Below, piece after piece: positions 29,600 to 39,153 of a stretch of 64,000 bases of DNA (position 1 is its first letter; each line of letters starts with the position of its first letter). The notes beneath the pieces were generated by a model. The model was not told the DNA's origin and did no database searches. It saw nothing but the letters and a program-made list of their open reading frames with translations. This DNA is from Candidatus Sericytochromatia bacterium (GTDB taxonomy: Bacteria > Cyanobacteriota > Sericytochromatia > S15B-MN24 > UBA4093): NCBI GenBank assembly GCA_036676985.1, contig JAKFBU010000023.1, positions 192,001 to 256,000 on the forward strand, written 5' to 3'. Made by a program: the position numbers and the translations under genes.

Positions 29600-29628
29600 T
29601 TGACGTCGAGGCGAACAATGCTTAATAT
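29600..29628 (+). promoter_or_regulatory. Sigma70-type promoter
   Basis: TTGACG-17 bp-TAATAT. Confidence 0.6.
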
Positions 29629-29679
29629 TTCGAAACAACGGAGAACGTGTCTCCCGGGACCTCGATGAGGAGGAGTTGG

Positions 29680-29793
29680 ATGATCGCGGCGATTCTGAGT
29701 GTAAGCGCGACCCTGTTGATCCTGGATCGCTGGCTGCACCTGCAGTCCGCGCGTCGGTTGGCCCCAGTGCCGGTGCCAATCACCCGGAAATAG
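29680..29793 (+). CDS. Small 37-aa hydrophobic peptide (not in ORF track)
   Basis: MIAAILSVSATLLILDRWLHLQSARRLAPVPVPITRK; SD GAGGAGGAG, own promoter and terminator. Confidence 0.65.
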   Translation: MIAAILSVSATLLILDRWLHLQSARRLAPVPVPITRK

Positions 29794-29807
29794 AGTTGCC
29801 TGATTCT

Positions 29808-29840
29808 GCGCCCCGGACGCTGGTCGTCCGGGGCGCTTTT
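29808..29840 (+). terminator. Intrinsic terminator
   Basis: GCGCCCCGGACG / CGTCCGGGGCGC + TTTT. Confidence 0.8.
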
Positions 29841-29889
29841 CGTGCCGGACGTGGTATGATCGGCCGGTCGAGCCGATCCCGAGGACCCC

Positions 29890-30615
29890 GTGAAAGTCGT
29901 CGTCTGCCTCAAGCACGTGCCCGATCCCCGCGAGCCCCGGCGTTTCGAGCCTGCGGGTCACACGCTCCTGCGCGACAGCGCCGAAGGGATGCCGAACCCC
30001 CTGGACGACCACGCCCTCGAGGCGGTCCTGCGCTGGCGGGACGAGGGGCTGGAGGTGGACTGCTGGGCCCTCACCATGGGGCCCGCGAGTGCCCGGGACA
30101 CCCTGAAGCGCGCCCTGGCCAAGGGGGCGGACCACGCCGTCTGGATCCAGGACCCGGCGCTCGCGGGCAGCGACCTGCTCGCCACCTCGCGCGCGATCGC
30201 CAGGGCCGTGGAGCGGATCGGGGAGGTGGCGCTGGTGCTCATGGGCGATCGGAGCCTGGACGCCGGCTGCGGCGTGCTGGCCCCCATGGTGGCCGAACGC
30301 CTGGGCTGGCCGTCCCTGAGCGGGACCACGAGCCTGGAGGCGGGCTCGGACGCCGTGACCGTCGAGGTCGCGGGTCCGACAGGCCCCGAGCGCTGGCAGG
30401 CCACGTTGCCCACGGTGGTTGCGATCGCCGGGCTCTCGGGCGAGCCGCGCCTGCCCTCCTTCACGGGCATCATGGGCACCAGCAAGAAGGAGCTCGTCGG
30501 CTGGAGCCTCGCCGAGCTGGCCCTCGCACCGGAAGCCGTCGGGGCTGAGGGTTCGGGCACCCGGGTGCTCGCCGTCCACCCGGCGCGCCCCGCGGCCCAG
30601 GAGGCCCAGCCATGA
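29890..30615 (+). CDS. etfB: Electron transfer flavoprotein beta subunit
   Basis: VVVCLKHVPD, NPLDDHALE, LAKGADHAV, EPRLPS. Confidence 0.88.
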   Translation: MKVVVCLKHVPDPREPRRFEPAGHTLLRDSAEGMPNPLDDHALEAVLRWRDEGLEVDCWALTMGPASARDTLKRALAKGADHAVWIQDPALAGSDLLATSRAIARAVERIGEVALVLMGDRSLDAGCGVLAPMVAERLGWPSLSGTTSLEAGSDAVTVEVAGPTGPERWQATLPTVVAIAGLSGEPRLPSFTGIMGTSKKELVGWSLAELALAPEAVGAEGSGTRVLAVHPARPAAQEAQP

Positions 30616-31181
30616 GCGTCTGGATCCTCGCGGAGCTGGACGGGAGGCTTCCCGCCCGCATCACCTTCGAGCTGCTGACAGCCGGACGGATCATCGCGGA
30701 CGCGCTCGGCCTGCCGCTGGGAGCGCTCGTCCTCGGCCCCGGTGCCGCCACCTTCGCGCCCCAGCTGGTCCGGCTGGGTGCGGACCGGGTGGCCGTCGCC
30801 GATCACCCGGCCTTGAGCCTCGAGGCTAGCCTGGAGCTCGTCACGGCGGCCCTGCCGGCGCTCGGGGCCACCTGGCTGCTCGCCGGCCACACGCGCCCCG
30901 GCACGGAGCTCGCCGCAAGGCTCGCCGTCCGACTCGAGGCGGGCCTCCTGACGGCCTGCACGGCACTCGACTGCACCGACGGCGCCGTGACGGGCACGCG
31001 ATCGCTCCCCGACGGCGGCACCGCCCGGGTGGCCGTCACCACCCCCGTCGGAGTCCTGACGATCCAGCCGGGTACCTTCGCATGGCCCGCCGAAGAGCCC
31101 GAGCGCCCGGGCGACGTCGTGCGGCTCGAGGTGCCGACCGAGGTCTCCGCCGCGCGCGTCCGCCTCCTGTCGGCCCCATAG
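30612..31181 (+). CDS. etfA: ETF alpha subunit, N-terminal domain only (possibly truncated)
   Basis: ELLTAGR, LGADRV, ELAARLAVRL; ends at 189 aa with no C-terminal FAD-binding domain. Confidence 0.7.
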   Translation: MSVWILAELDGRLPARITFELLTAGRIIADALGLPLGALVLGPGAATFAPQLVRLGADRVAVADHPALSLEASLELVTAALPALGATWLLAGHTRPGTELAARLAVRLEAGLLTACTALDCTDGAVTGTRSLPDGGTARVAVTTPVGVLTIQPGTFAWPAEEPERPGDVVRLEVPTEVSAARVRLLSAP

Positions 31182-31298
31182 CGACCGTTAGTTCCTTAGC
31201 GCTCCCGTCATTTCCACGTCACGCTCCATCAGGATCCCCTTGCTACGGTAGGAGGGTTCCCTGGGACGCCCTGCGCTCCCTTCCGAAAGGAGGCCCTG

Positions 31299-31673
31299 AT
31301 GGAAGCCCTGCTCATCGTACTACCGGACCCCGGTCGGCTCCCGGAGCTCATGGACGCCCTCAAGGAGGCCGGCGTGCCGGGTGCTACCGTCCTCGACAGC
31401 CAGGGGCTCGAGTTCCTCTCGTGGTTCGGCGCGCACCCGTCCATGGCCCGGTACTGGAGCCTCGAGGGGGGCGATCGCCAGAGCAGCAAGACGATCCTGA
31501 GCATCGTGCCCGACGCCATCGTTCCGCGGGTGCTGACGGTCATCGAGAAGGCCCTGGACGGCTTCTCGCATCCCAATTCGGGCATGGTCTGCACCTGGCC
31601 GGTCGGCCACTTCCGGTGCTACCTGGGCGACAAACCCGGCTTGAAGCAGGAGGGCATGCATGGCGTTGCTTAG
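31299..31673 (+). CDS. PII-like (GlnB fold) protein
   Basis: GVPGATVLDSQG, KTILSIV, SGMVCTWPV pattern; overlaps antiporter start. Confidence 0.7.
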   Translation: MEALLIVLPDPGRLPELMDALKEAGVPGATVLDSQGLEFLSWFGAHPSMARYWSLEGGDRQSSKTILSIVPDAIVPRVLTVIEKALDGFSHPNSGMVCTWPVGHFRCYLGDKPGLKQEGMHGVA

Positions 31674-32880
31674 TCTCGGCCTGCTCGTCCTCGTCGGCTT
31701 CCTCTGCGCCAAGCTGCTCCAGCGCCTGCAGCTCCCGGCCGTCACGGGCTACCTGCTCGTGGGCGTGCTCTTGGGCCCCTCGATGCTCAAGGTCGTCGGC
31801 CCCGATACCCTCGGCACCTTGAAACCCCTCGCCACCTTCGGGCTGGCCATCATCTTCTTCCTGCTCGGCGAGGAGTTCCGGCTCAAGGAGCTCAAGTCCA
31901 TGGGCTCCCGCTTCCTCTCCATCACGGTCGTCCAGTCGCTCTTGACCTTCGCGACCGTCGCCGGATTGCTCGCCCTCTGTCACGTGCCGCTCCCCATCGC
32001 GCTCTTGATGGGCGCCATCGCCGGCACCACCGATCCCGCCGCGACCATCGTCGTGATCCGGGAGCTGCGCGCGCGCGGCGAGCTGGTAAAGACCCTCATG
32101 GCCGTCGTCGCCCTCAACACCCTGGTGGAGATGATCCTCTTCAACGCCTTGATGCCCCTGGTCGAGCTCTTGCAGTCGGGCGGTCAGAGCGTCTCCTGGC
32201 AGAGCGCCCTCCATGGCCTCTTCTGGGAGATTGGCGGCTCGGCCATGTTGGGCCTTGGCCTGGCCTTCGTCCTGCGGGGCTGGACCATGCTCCCCTTCGG
32301 CCGGAGCAACCTGAAACTCCCGACCATCGGCCTCATCCTGCTGGGAGCAGGCGCGAGCGAGGCCCTGCACCTGTCCCCCCTGCTCGTCATGCTGCTCTTC
32401 GGGGCCGGCGTCGCCAACGCGGTGCCCGTGAAGGTGGCGGTCTTCGATCTCGCCAAGGCCATGGAAGGCCCCCTGCTCGTGATGTTCTTCACCCTCTCGG
32501 GGGCGTCCCTCCACGTGGCCGGCCTCGCGGCCGTCGGCAGCGTCGGACTGGCCTACATCGGCGGCCGGATCGTCGGCAAGGTCGTCGGCGGCTCCCTGGG
32601 GGCCTCGGTGGCGGGGGCTGCCCCGGCGTGCCGGCGCTACCTCGGCGCCTGCCTCGTGTCACAGGCCAGCGTGGCCCTCGGCCTGGCCTACCTCGTCCAG
32701 GAGCGCTTCCCGGACATCGCGGGTCCCATCATGCCCGTGACGCTCGGCGCTGTGGTCGTGTTCGAGGTGATCGGGCCGCTCCTGACCCGCTACGCGCTCA
32801 TCCGCTCGGGAGAGGTGGCCATCGCCGCCCCCGCCGGGGTCCGGACGCCCATCCTGCCCGTGCCGAAGCTCGCCCCCTGA
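31660..32880 (+). CDS. Cation:proton antiporter (Kef/CPA2-like membrane domain)
   Basis: LPAVTGYLLVGVLLGP, TDPAATIVVIRE, GRIVGKV; many TM helices. Confidence 0.88.
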   Translation: MALLSLGLLVLVGFLCAKLLQRLQLPAVTGYLLVGVLLGPSMLKVVGPDTLGTLKPLATFGLAIIFFLLGEEFRLKELKSMGSRFLSITVVQSLLTFATVAGLLALCHVPLPIALLMGAIAGTTDPAATIVVIRELRARGELVKTLMAVVALNTLVEMILFNALMPLVELLQSGGQSVSWQSALHGLFWEIGGSAMLGLGLAFVLRGWTMLPFGRSNLKLPTIGLILLGAGASEALHLSPLLVMLLFGAGVANAVPVKVAVFDLAKAMEGPLLVMFFTLSGASLHVAGLAAVGSVGLAYIGGRIVGKVVGGSLGASVAGAAPACRRYLGACLVSQASVALGLAYLVQERFPDIAGPIMPVTLGAVVVFEVIGPLLTRYALIRSGEVAIAAPAGVRTPILPVPKLAP

Positions 32881-32890
32881 CGCCGACAGC

Positions 32891-32920
32891 AAAAAGCCCC
32901 ACCGAACGGTGGGGCTTTTT
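32891..32920. terminator. Bidirectional terminator
   Basis: AAAAAGCCCCACCG-AA-CGGTGGGGCTTTTT. Confidence 0.85.
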
Positions 32921-32926
32921 GAACTC

Positions 32927-34039
32927 CTAGCGGCCGTCGAGGTAGATGGCGCTCACGAGGGCCTGCAGCTTGAACTGGGTGATGCTGCCGTCCATGCGGC
33001 CCCAGACGTAGCCCGCGTCCTGGGGCACGTCGATCACCTGGCTCCACTGCTTGCCCGAGACCTTGATCTGGGCGAGGCGGCCCGCCTTCGTGAAGACCTG
33101 GATGCTCTGGCCGTCCGCGTTCTCGGCGCGCAGACGCAGCTTCATGGGCTTCTTCAGCTTGACCGAGTCGCCGGGCACCCCGATGAACGTGCCGTCGCCG
33201 TTCAGGTCGGCCTCCAGGTAGAGGCGAGCCGAGCGGGGGCTGCGCACACCCATGGTCCGGCCCTCGCGGATGGCCTTGACGAGCGACTTCTCGGACTTGT
33301 CCGGCGCGTACACGAGCGTGCAGGGCTCCGTGACCTTCTGGGGCCAGCGGTGGTAGTCGGAGGCGGCGGTGATGGGGATCTTGACGCCGTCCCTCATGAG
33401 GCCGTCCCACCACTTGATGCCCGTCTCGGCCGCGATGCCGACCTTGCGCTGGTTGTCCTCGGTCAGGTAGGCCTGGGCCTGCTGCTCCTCGTCCAGGTCC
33501 GGCACGAAGTAGTGGCCGCTCCAGACCTCGAGGGCGTTGAGGCGCGGGTCGTACCCGCCCTTCCAGTGGCTCGAGCCCGGCGCGAACGGGTGGTGCACGA
33601 TCATGGTGGCGCCCTGCGCGTAGCCCTGGGCGATCGCCTCGGCGGGGGACTTGTCGAGGGAGATGGTGCCCGCCCAGTTCGCGAGGCTGGGGCCATGCAT
33701 GCCGATGTGGCCGTTCTTGGAGGTCCACTCGGTCGAGTGCAGCAGCGTGAGGTCCTGCTCCTGCTGGAAGGTGGGCTTGGTGAACTGCTCGAGGCTGTCG
33801 TGCTCGGTCAGGGCGAGAGCGTCCGCGCCCTCGGCCTTCGCCATCTTGATGATCTCCTCGATCGTGTTCTTGCCGTCCTTGATCGTGCTGTGGGTGTGCA
33901 GCTCGACGACGTACCACTTGCCGGCGCGGGCCTTGGCGGTGGTCTTGTCGGCGGATCCGCCGCCCATCAGGCCGGGCGACAGGCCGCAGCCCGCGAGGGC
34001 GACGACGAGGGCAAAAGCGGACAGGCGAGTGACGTTCAA
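32927..34039 (-). CDS. PHP-domain metallophosphoesterase lipoprotein
   Basis: Lipobox LAGC; ELHTHS, LTEHD, HHP, ASDYH. Confidence 0.85.
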   Translation of the reverse strand: MNVTRLSAFALVVALAGCGLSPGLMGGGSADKTTAKARAGKWYVVELHTHSTIKDGKNTIEEIIKMAKAEGADALALTEHDSLEQFTKPTFQQEQDLTLLHSTEWTSKNGHIGMHGPSLANWAGTISLDKSPAEAIAQGYAQGATMIVHHPFAPGSSHWKGGYDPRLNALEVWSGHYFVPDLDEEQQAQAYLTEDNQRKVGIAAETGIKWWDGLMRDGVKIPITAASDYHRWPQKVTEPCTLVYAPDKSEKSLVKAIREGRTMGVRSPRSARLYLEADLNGDGTFIGVPGDSVKLKKPMKLRLRAENADGQSIQVFTKAGRLAQIKVSGKQWSQVIDVPQDAGYVWGRMDGSITQFKLQALVSAIYLDGR

Positions 34040-34077
34040 GCTTCAACCTCCTGTGAGGAACAGGCGAACGATACTAA

Positions 34078-34117
34078 CTTAACCTATCCTTAGCCTTCTG
34101 TAAACTAGCCTTAATCT
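34078..34117. promoter_or_regulatory. CTTAACCT-type direct repeats (Pho-box-like)
   Basis: CTTAACCT(34078) CTTAGCCT(34089) GTAAACTA(34100) CTTAATCT(34110). Confidence 0.5.
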
Positions 34118-34268
34118 AAGTTAGTGGCGACTAACCAGTCTCTTCAGCCTACCGCCTGGCTTCCCGGCATGAAAGTCGTGCGGAGCAACGCCCCTAGCAG
34201 CTTGGCGGCCGACCTGTGGGTGGACAGCAAAGAGCCCCCCTGTTTCCAGGGGGGCGAGGCGGGGGCGT

Positions 34269-36041
34269 CTAGCCCTTGACCTGGATGTGCAGCTCGCGCA
34301 GCTGCTTGGTGTCCACCGGGCTCGGGCAGTTGGCCATGAGGTCCTTGGCCGACTGGGTCTTGGGGAACGCGATGACGTCGCGGATGTTGTCGCGGCCGAT
34401 GAGGATCATGATGATCCGGTCCAGGCCGAGGGCCAGGCCGCCGTGGGGCGGGGTGCCGTAGTCGAAGGCCGACAGGAGGAAGCCGAACTTTTGCTGGATC
34501 TCCTCCTCGTTGAGGCCCAAGAGGCGGAAGACCCGCTCCTGGACGTCGCGCTGGAAGATTCGGAGGCTGCCGCCGCCGATCTCGTAGCCGTTGAGCACGA
34601 TGTCGTAGGCGAGCGCCTTGACGGCCTCGGGATCCGACTCGAGCTGGTCGAGGTCCTCGTCGCGCGGACGGGTGAACGGGTGGTGCATGGAGTAGTAGCG
34701 CCCGTCGGTCTCGTCGTACTCGAACATGGGGAAGTCCGTGACCCACAGGAGGTCGAAGCGGCCTTCGGGGATGAGCTTGAGGTCCTCGCCCAGCTTGAGG
34801 CGCAGGCGGCCGAGCACGTCGGCCACGTTCTTGGGCTTGTCCGCCCCGAAGAAGATGAGGTCCCCGGGCTTGGCGCCCATGGCCGCGACCACCTTCTCGA
34901 TCTCCTCGGGCGCGAGGTTCTTGGCGACCGGACCCGACGCCTCGCCGACCTTGATGTAGGCCAGGCCCTTGGCGCCGAAGCCGCGCACGAACTCGGTGAG
35001 GGCATCGATCTGCGAGCGCGAGATCTTGGTGGAGCCTTCGGGCACGCAGATGCCCTTGACCTGGGGCGCCTCGGAGAAGACCTTGAAGCTCGAGCCGCGC
35101 AGCGTCTCGGTCAGGTCCACGAGCTCCAGGCCGAAGCGGGTGTCGGGCTTGTCGGAGCCGTAGCGGCTCATGGCCTCCTCGTAGGTGAGACGCGGCACGG
35201 TGCCGATGTCGGCGCCCGCGATCTCCTTGACCAGCTGCTTGACCAGGGTCTCGATGATGCCGAGGATCTGGTCCTGGCTGGGGAAGCTCATCTCGACGTC
35301 GAGCTGCGTGAACTCGGGCTGGCGGTCGGCGCGCAGGTCCTCGTCACGGAAGCAGCGGGCGATCTGGAAGTAGCGATCGTAGCCCGAGACCATCAGGAGC
35401 TGCTTGAAGATCTGCGGCGACTGGGGCAGGGCGAAGAACTCGCCCGGGTGGACCCGCGAGGGCACCAGGTAGTCGCGCGCGCCCTCGGGCGTGCTCTTGG
35501 TGAGGATGGGCGTCTCGAACTCGATGAAGCCCTGGTCGTCCATGTAGCGGCGCACGAGCTGGTTCATGCGGTGGCGCTTGATCATGGCCTCCTGCATGAA
35601 GGGCTGGCGCAGGTCCAGGTAGCGGTGCTTGAGGCGGCTGGTCTCATCGACCTCGGGCTTGCCGGACACCATCTGGAAGGGCAGGGGCTTGGACGCGTTC
35701 CAGATGACGAGGTTGTCCGCGAAGACCTCGACCTCGCCGGTGGCCATGCGCGGGTTGGCCATGCCCTCGGCGCGGGCCCGCACCGTGCCGGTCACGCCGA
35801 TGACGAACTCGTTGCGCAGCCGGTCGGCCAGCTCGTGGGACTCCTTGGAGACCTCGGGGCTGAAGACCACCTGGACCAGGCCGTCGCGATCGCGCAGGTC
35901 GACGAAGATGACGCCGCCGTGATCGCGACGCGAATCGACCCATCCGTAGAGGGTCACGGTCTGGCCAATCTCGCTGGCACGGAGTTGGCCGCAGTAGTGG
36001 CTGCGTTCGCCGAGGCGGATCTGGGGCATGGCGGTCTTCAC
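34269..36041 (-). CDS. aspS: Aspartate--tRNA ligase
   Basis: RSHYCG, STPEGARDYLVPSR, FRDEDLRADRQPEF, PPHGGLALGLDR. Confidence 0.97.
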   Translation of the reverse strand: MKTAMPQIRLGERSHYCGQLRASEIGQTVTLYGWVDSRRDHGGVIFVDLRDRDGLVQVVFSPEVSKESHELADRLRNEFVIGVTGTVRARAEGMANPRMATGEVEVFADNLVIWNASKPLPFQMVSGKPEVDETSRLKHRYLDLRQPFMQEAMIKRHRMNQLVRRYMDDQGFIEFETPILTKSTPEGARDYLVPSRVHPGEFFALPQSPQIFKQLLMVSGYDRYFQIARCFRDEDLRADRQPEFTQLDVEMSFPSQDQILGIIETLVKQLVKEIAGADIGTVPRLTYEEAMSRYGSDKPDTRFGLELVDLTETLRGSSFKVFSEAPQVKGICVPEGSTKISRSQIDALTEFVRGFGAKGLAYIKVGEASGPVAKNLAPEEIEKVVAAMGAKPGDLIFFGADKPKNVADVLGRLRLKLGEDLKLIPEGRFDLLWVTDFPMFEYDETDGRYYSMHHPFTRPRDEDLDQLESDPEAVKALAYDIVLNGYEIGGGSLRIFQRDVQERVFRLLGLNEEEIQQKFGFLLSAFDYGTPPHGGLALGLDRIIMILIGRDNIRDVIAFPKTQSAKDLMANCPSPVDTKQLRELHIQVKG

Positions 36042-36206
36042 AATCGGCTCCTGGTCGAGGGGGGGCGATGGCACGCCCCGATCCTGGCGGAACCACGAAC
36101 GGGGCGAGAGTAAGCTATAATGTATTTTTAACCTCTGCTATTCTAACCCAGCTAGCACCGATCCACAATCTTCCCCGAATCGGTGCGTTCGGAAGGAAAA
36201 CCAACC

Positions 36207-37523
36207 GTGACTGAGACCGCCACTCGCCGCACGGCGAAAATCTCCCACCTCAAGGACTACGCCGACCAGGAAGTCACCATCCAGGGTTGGCTCTACAACA
36301 AGCGCTCCAAGGGCAAGCTGCAGTTCCTGCAGGTTCGCGACGGCTCGGGCATCGTGCAGGCCGTCGTCGTTCGCGGCCAGGTCTCGGACGAGAGCTGGGA
36401 AGCGGCCGACAAGCTCACGCAAGAGGCCTCGGTCCGGGTGACGGGCACCGTGCGCGCCGACGAGCGCGCCCAGGGCGGCTACGAGCTGACGGCGACCGGC
36501 GTCGAGCTGGTCCAGCTGCCCCTCGGCGAGTACCCCATCTCGCCCAAGGAGCACGGCGTCGACTTCCTCATGAACCACCGGCACCTCTGGATCCGCTCCA
36601 AGCGCCAGCATGCGATCCTGCGCATCCGCTCGACCATCGAGGCGGCCATGCACGAGTTCTTCGAGAGCCGCGAGTTCCTGCGCTTCGACACGCCGATCCT
36701 GACGCCCGCCGCCTGCGAGGGCACCACCACCCTGTTCGAGACGGACTACCACGGCGACCCCGCCTTCCTCGCCCAGTCGGGCCAGCTCTACCTCGAAGCG
36801 GGTGCCATGGCCTTCGGCAACGTCTACTGCTTCGGGCCGACCTTCCGCGCCGAGAAGTCCAAGACGCGCCGCCACCTGATGGAGTTCTGGATGGTCGAGG
36901 CCGAGATGGCCTACGTGGAGCTCAAGGAGAACATCCAGGTCCAGGAGGACTTCGTCGCCCACGTGGTGCGCCGCGTGCTCGAGAAGAACGCCAGCGACCT
37001 CGCGGTGCTCGAGCGCGACCTGACGAAGCTCGAGAAGACCACCCAGGGCAACTTCCCGCGCATCACCTACGACGAGGCCGTCGAGCGCCTGCAGAAGGCC
37101 GGCTCGGACATCAATTGGGGCGAGGACTTCGGCAACGACGACGAGGACATCCTCGCCAACCAGTTCGACACGCCCTTCTTCGTCACGCACTACCCGACGG
37201 AGATCAAGGCCTTCTACATGCAGCCCGACCCGAACCGGCCCGAGGTGGCCCTGTGCGCGGACATGCTCGCCCCCGAGGGCTACGGCGAGATCATCGGCGG
37301 CAGCCAGCGCATCGCGGACTACGACCTGTTCACCCAGCGCATGCAGGAGCACGACCTGTCCGAGGAGGCCTACGGCTGGTACCTTGATCTGAGGAAATAC
37401 GGCTCGGTGCCGCACAGCGGCTTCGGCCTGGGCATCGAGCGGACCATCCGCTGGGTCTGCGGGCTGGAGCACATTCGCGAGTGCATCCCGTTCCCGCGCC
37501 TCTTGACCCGCATCTACCCCTAG
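36207..37523 (+). CDS. asnS: Asparagine--tRNA ligase
   Basis: [35 protein letters not shown]. Confidence 0.96.
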   Translation: MTETATRRTAKISHLKDYADQEVTIQGWLYNKRSKGKLQFLQVRDGSGIVQAVVVRGQVSDESWEAADKLTQEASVRVTGTVRADERAQGGYELTATGVELVQLPLGEYPISPKEHGVDFLMNHRHLWIRSKRQHAILRIRSTIEAAMHEFFESREFLRFDTPILTPAACEGTTTLFETDYHGDPAFLAQSGQLYLEAGAMAFGNVYCFGPTFRAEKSKTRRHLMEFWMVEAEMAYVELKENIQVQEDFVAHVVRRVLEKNASDLAVLERDLTKLEKTTQGNFPRITYDEAVERLQKAGSDINWGEDFGNDDEDILANQFDTPFFVTHYPTEIKAFYMQPDPNRPEVALCADMLAPEGYGEIIGGSQRIADYDLFTQRMQEHDLSEEAYGWYLDLRKYGSVPHSGFGLGIERTIRWVCGLEHIRECIPFPRLLTRIYP

Positions 37524-37533
37524 GCCCCAAGCA

Positions 37534-37564
37534 AAGCGCCCCGCCGGATACCGGCGGGGCGCTT
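37534..37564. terminator. Hairpin terminator between convergent genes
   Basis: AAGCGCCCCGCCGG / CCGGCGGGGCGCTT. Confidence 0.7.
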
Positions 37565-37580
37565 CGCGTAGGGTGGAAGG

Positions 37581-38012
37581 CTACTTGGTCTTGGGAGCCG
37601 CGGCGGCGACCTTGGCGTCGAAGCCGGCCTTCTTGACCGCCTCGACGATGGCCTTGGTGTCCGAGATGGCGTGCGAGCAGTAGTCGACCGAGGCCAGACC
37701 CTTCTCGAGGTCGACCGTCACGGCCTCGACGCCCTTGACGTTCTTGAGCTCCGAGGTGACCTTGTCGACGCAGCTCTGGCACTCCATGCCCAGGACCTCG
37801 AACTTGGCCGAGAGCATGCAGGCTTCCTTCTTGGCAGCAGGCTTGGCCGCCGCGGGCTTGACGGCCGCGGCCTTGGCATGGCCGCCGCCGGCCTTGACCT
37901 TGTGATCCGCGCAGGACACCTTGCAGGCGGCCATGTCGCTGCCGCAGGCAAAGGCCTGGGTGCCCGACAGGCTCACGGCCAGGGCCGCGATCACGATGGC
38001 AAACTTCTTCAT
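37581..38012 (-). CDS. Secreted heavy-metal-associated (HMA) domain protein
   Basis: Signal peptide; GMECQSC, AVKKAGF. Confidence 0.85.
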   Translation of the reverse strand: MKKFAIVIAALAVSLSGTQAFACGSDMAACKVSCADHKVKAGGGHAKAAAVKPAAAKPAAKKEACMLSAKFEVLGMECQSCVDKVTSELKNVKGVEAVTVDLEKGLASVDYCSHAISDTKAIVEAVKKAGFDAKVAAAAPKTK

Positions 38013-38098
38013 CCGAGCATCTCCTCTAACGTCGGGCGCGTGCCCTGGTTGGTTCGTTGCTCAGATTATATCAGTGCTGGCCTGATTTGGGGGTAGGG

Positions 38099-38890
38099 TC
38101 AAGCGGTCAACGGAGTTTGGAGCCGCGGCTTGATCGCGGTGACGGGCTGATGGAGCACCTCGGCCTTCTGGGTCGCGGGCAGGCCCTTCCAGAAGGTCTC
38201 GAACTCCTGGATGTACTTCAGCTTGGCCTTTTGGCCGCCCTCGTGGAAGCCGAAGGAGCGCAGCTCGGCGATCGCCTTGTTGGAATCCCAGCCGTCGCGG
38301 GCAATCCGGATGGCCGCCGCCATGGTGCCCGTGCGATCGACCCCGTGGTAGCAGTGGAAGAAGACCTTGCCGTTCTCGGGATCGAGCGCCGTCTTGAGGA
38401 ACTTGAGCGTATCGGCATGCGTGGGCGCGTCGAGGGGCGGCTGGGGCAGGAAGACGGCCTTCATGCCGAGCTTCTCGACCACCTCGCGCTCGACGTTGCG
38501 CTCGGGACGCAGGTTGATGACGGTCTTGACGCCCTGCTTGGCGAGCTCCTCGAAGCCCGCATCCGAGGGCTGAGCGCCGCGCAGGATCTTGGGGCCCAGG
38601 GCGCCGAGCTTGTCGAGCGGAGCATCGACGTTGCGGCCCATGAAGCCGTAGATCTTGTGGCCGATCTTGGTGAAAGCGGGGTGCACGTCGCCGAGCCAGA
38701 TGAGAGCGGCGGCACCAGCGTCCGCGGCGCGTTCCTTGAGGCTGAGCTTGGCAGCCTCCTGGACCTCGGTCTTGAGCTGAGTGCGAGCGGTCTGGGCCAC
38801 CTCGTTCGCGGCCGACCGTATGACCGAACGCTCGGCTTGCGCCGCGCGGCGCACGGTCTGTTGGGCGATCTGCTGGGCGGCTACGCGCAT
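38099..38890 (-). CDS. Dual-specificity/tyrosine phosphatase family protein
   Basis: RGAQP, TVINLR, HCYHGVDRTG (CX5R). Confidence 0.88.
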   Translation of the reverse strand: MRVAAQQIAQQTVRRAAQAERSVIRSAANEVAQTARTQLKTEVQEAAKLSLKERAADAGAAALIWLGDVHPAFTKIGHKIYGFMGRNVDAPLDKLGALGPKILRGAQPSDAGFEELAKQGVKTVINLRPERNVEREVVEKLGMKAVFLPQPPLDAPTHADTLKFLKTALDPENGKVFFHCYHGVDRTGTMAAAIRIARDGWDSNKAIAELRSFGFHEGGQKAKLKYIQEFETFWKGLPATQKAEVLHQPVTAIKPRLQTPLTA

Positions 38891-39047
38891 GGGCACCTCC
38901 GTCGTTCAACAACTGTTAAGGAGGTTGTCCGACGCGGGCGGGGGGAACTTGCGGCAGTGGGGTAAAGGCCTGGCTAAATTTTGGCCAAGCAACAGGGGAG
39001 CCCCTTTGAGGGCTCCCCTGCGTCACGTTGGAGGGATCGGGTGTCGG

Positions 39048-39126
39048 CGTCACCCCGGCGAAAGCCGGGGTCCAGGGCCTGCGCCCGTTGAGCCGACCCT
39101 GGATCCCGGCCTTCGCTGGGATGACG
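39048..39126. repeat. Palindromic REP/dRS3-like element
   Basis: CGTCACCCCGGCGAAAGCCGGGGTCCAG ... CTGGATCCCGGCCTTCGCTGGGATGACG, two inverted hairpin units. Confidence 0.75.
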
Positions 39127-39153
39127 GGCGATCCCCGTAGGTTCCTGAACTCC

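Noticed and set aside
29612-29625. SOS box in the 37-aa gene promoter (GAAC-AATG-CTTA)
   Set aside because: Right half-site has two mismatches to GTTC
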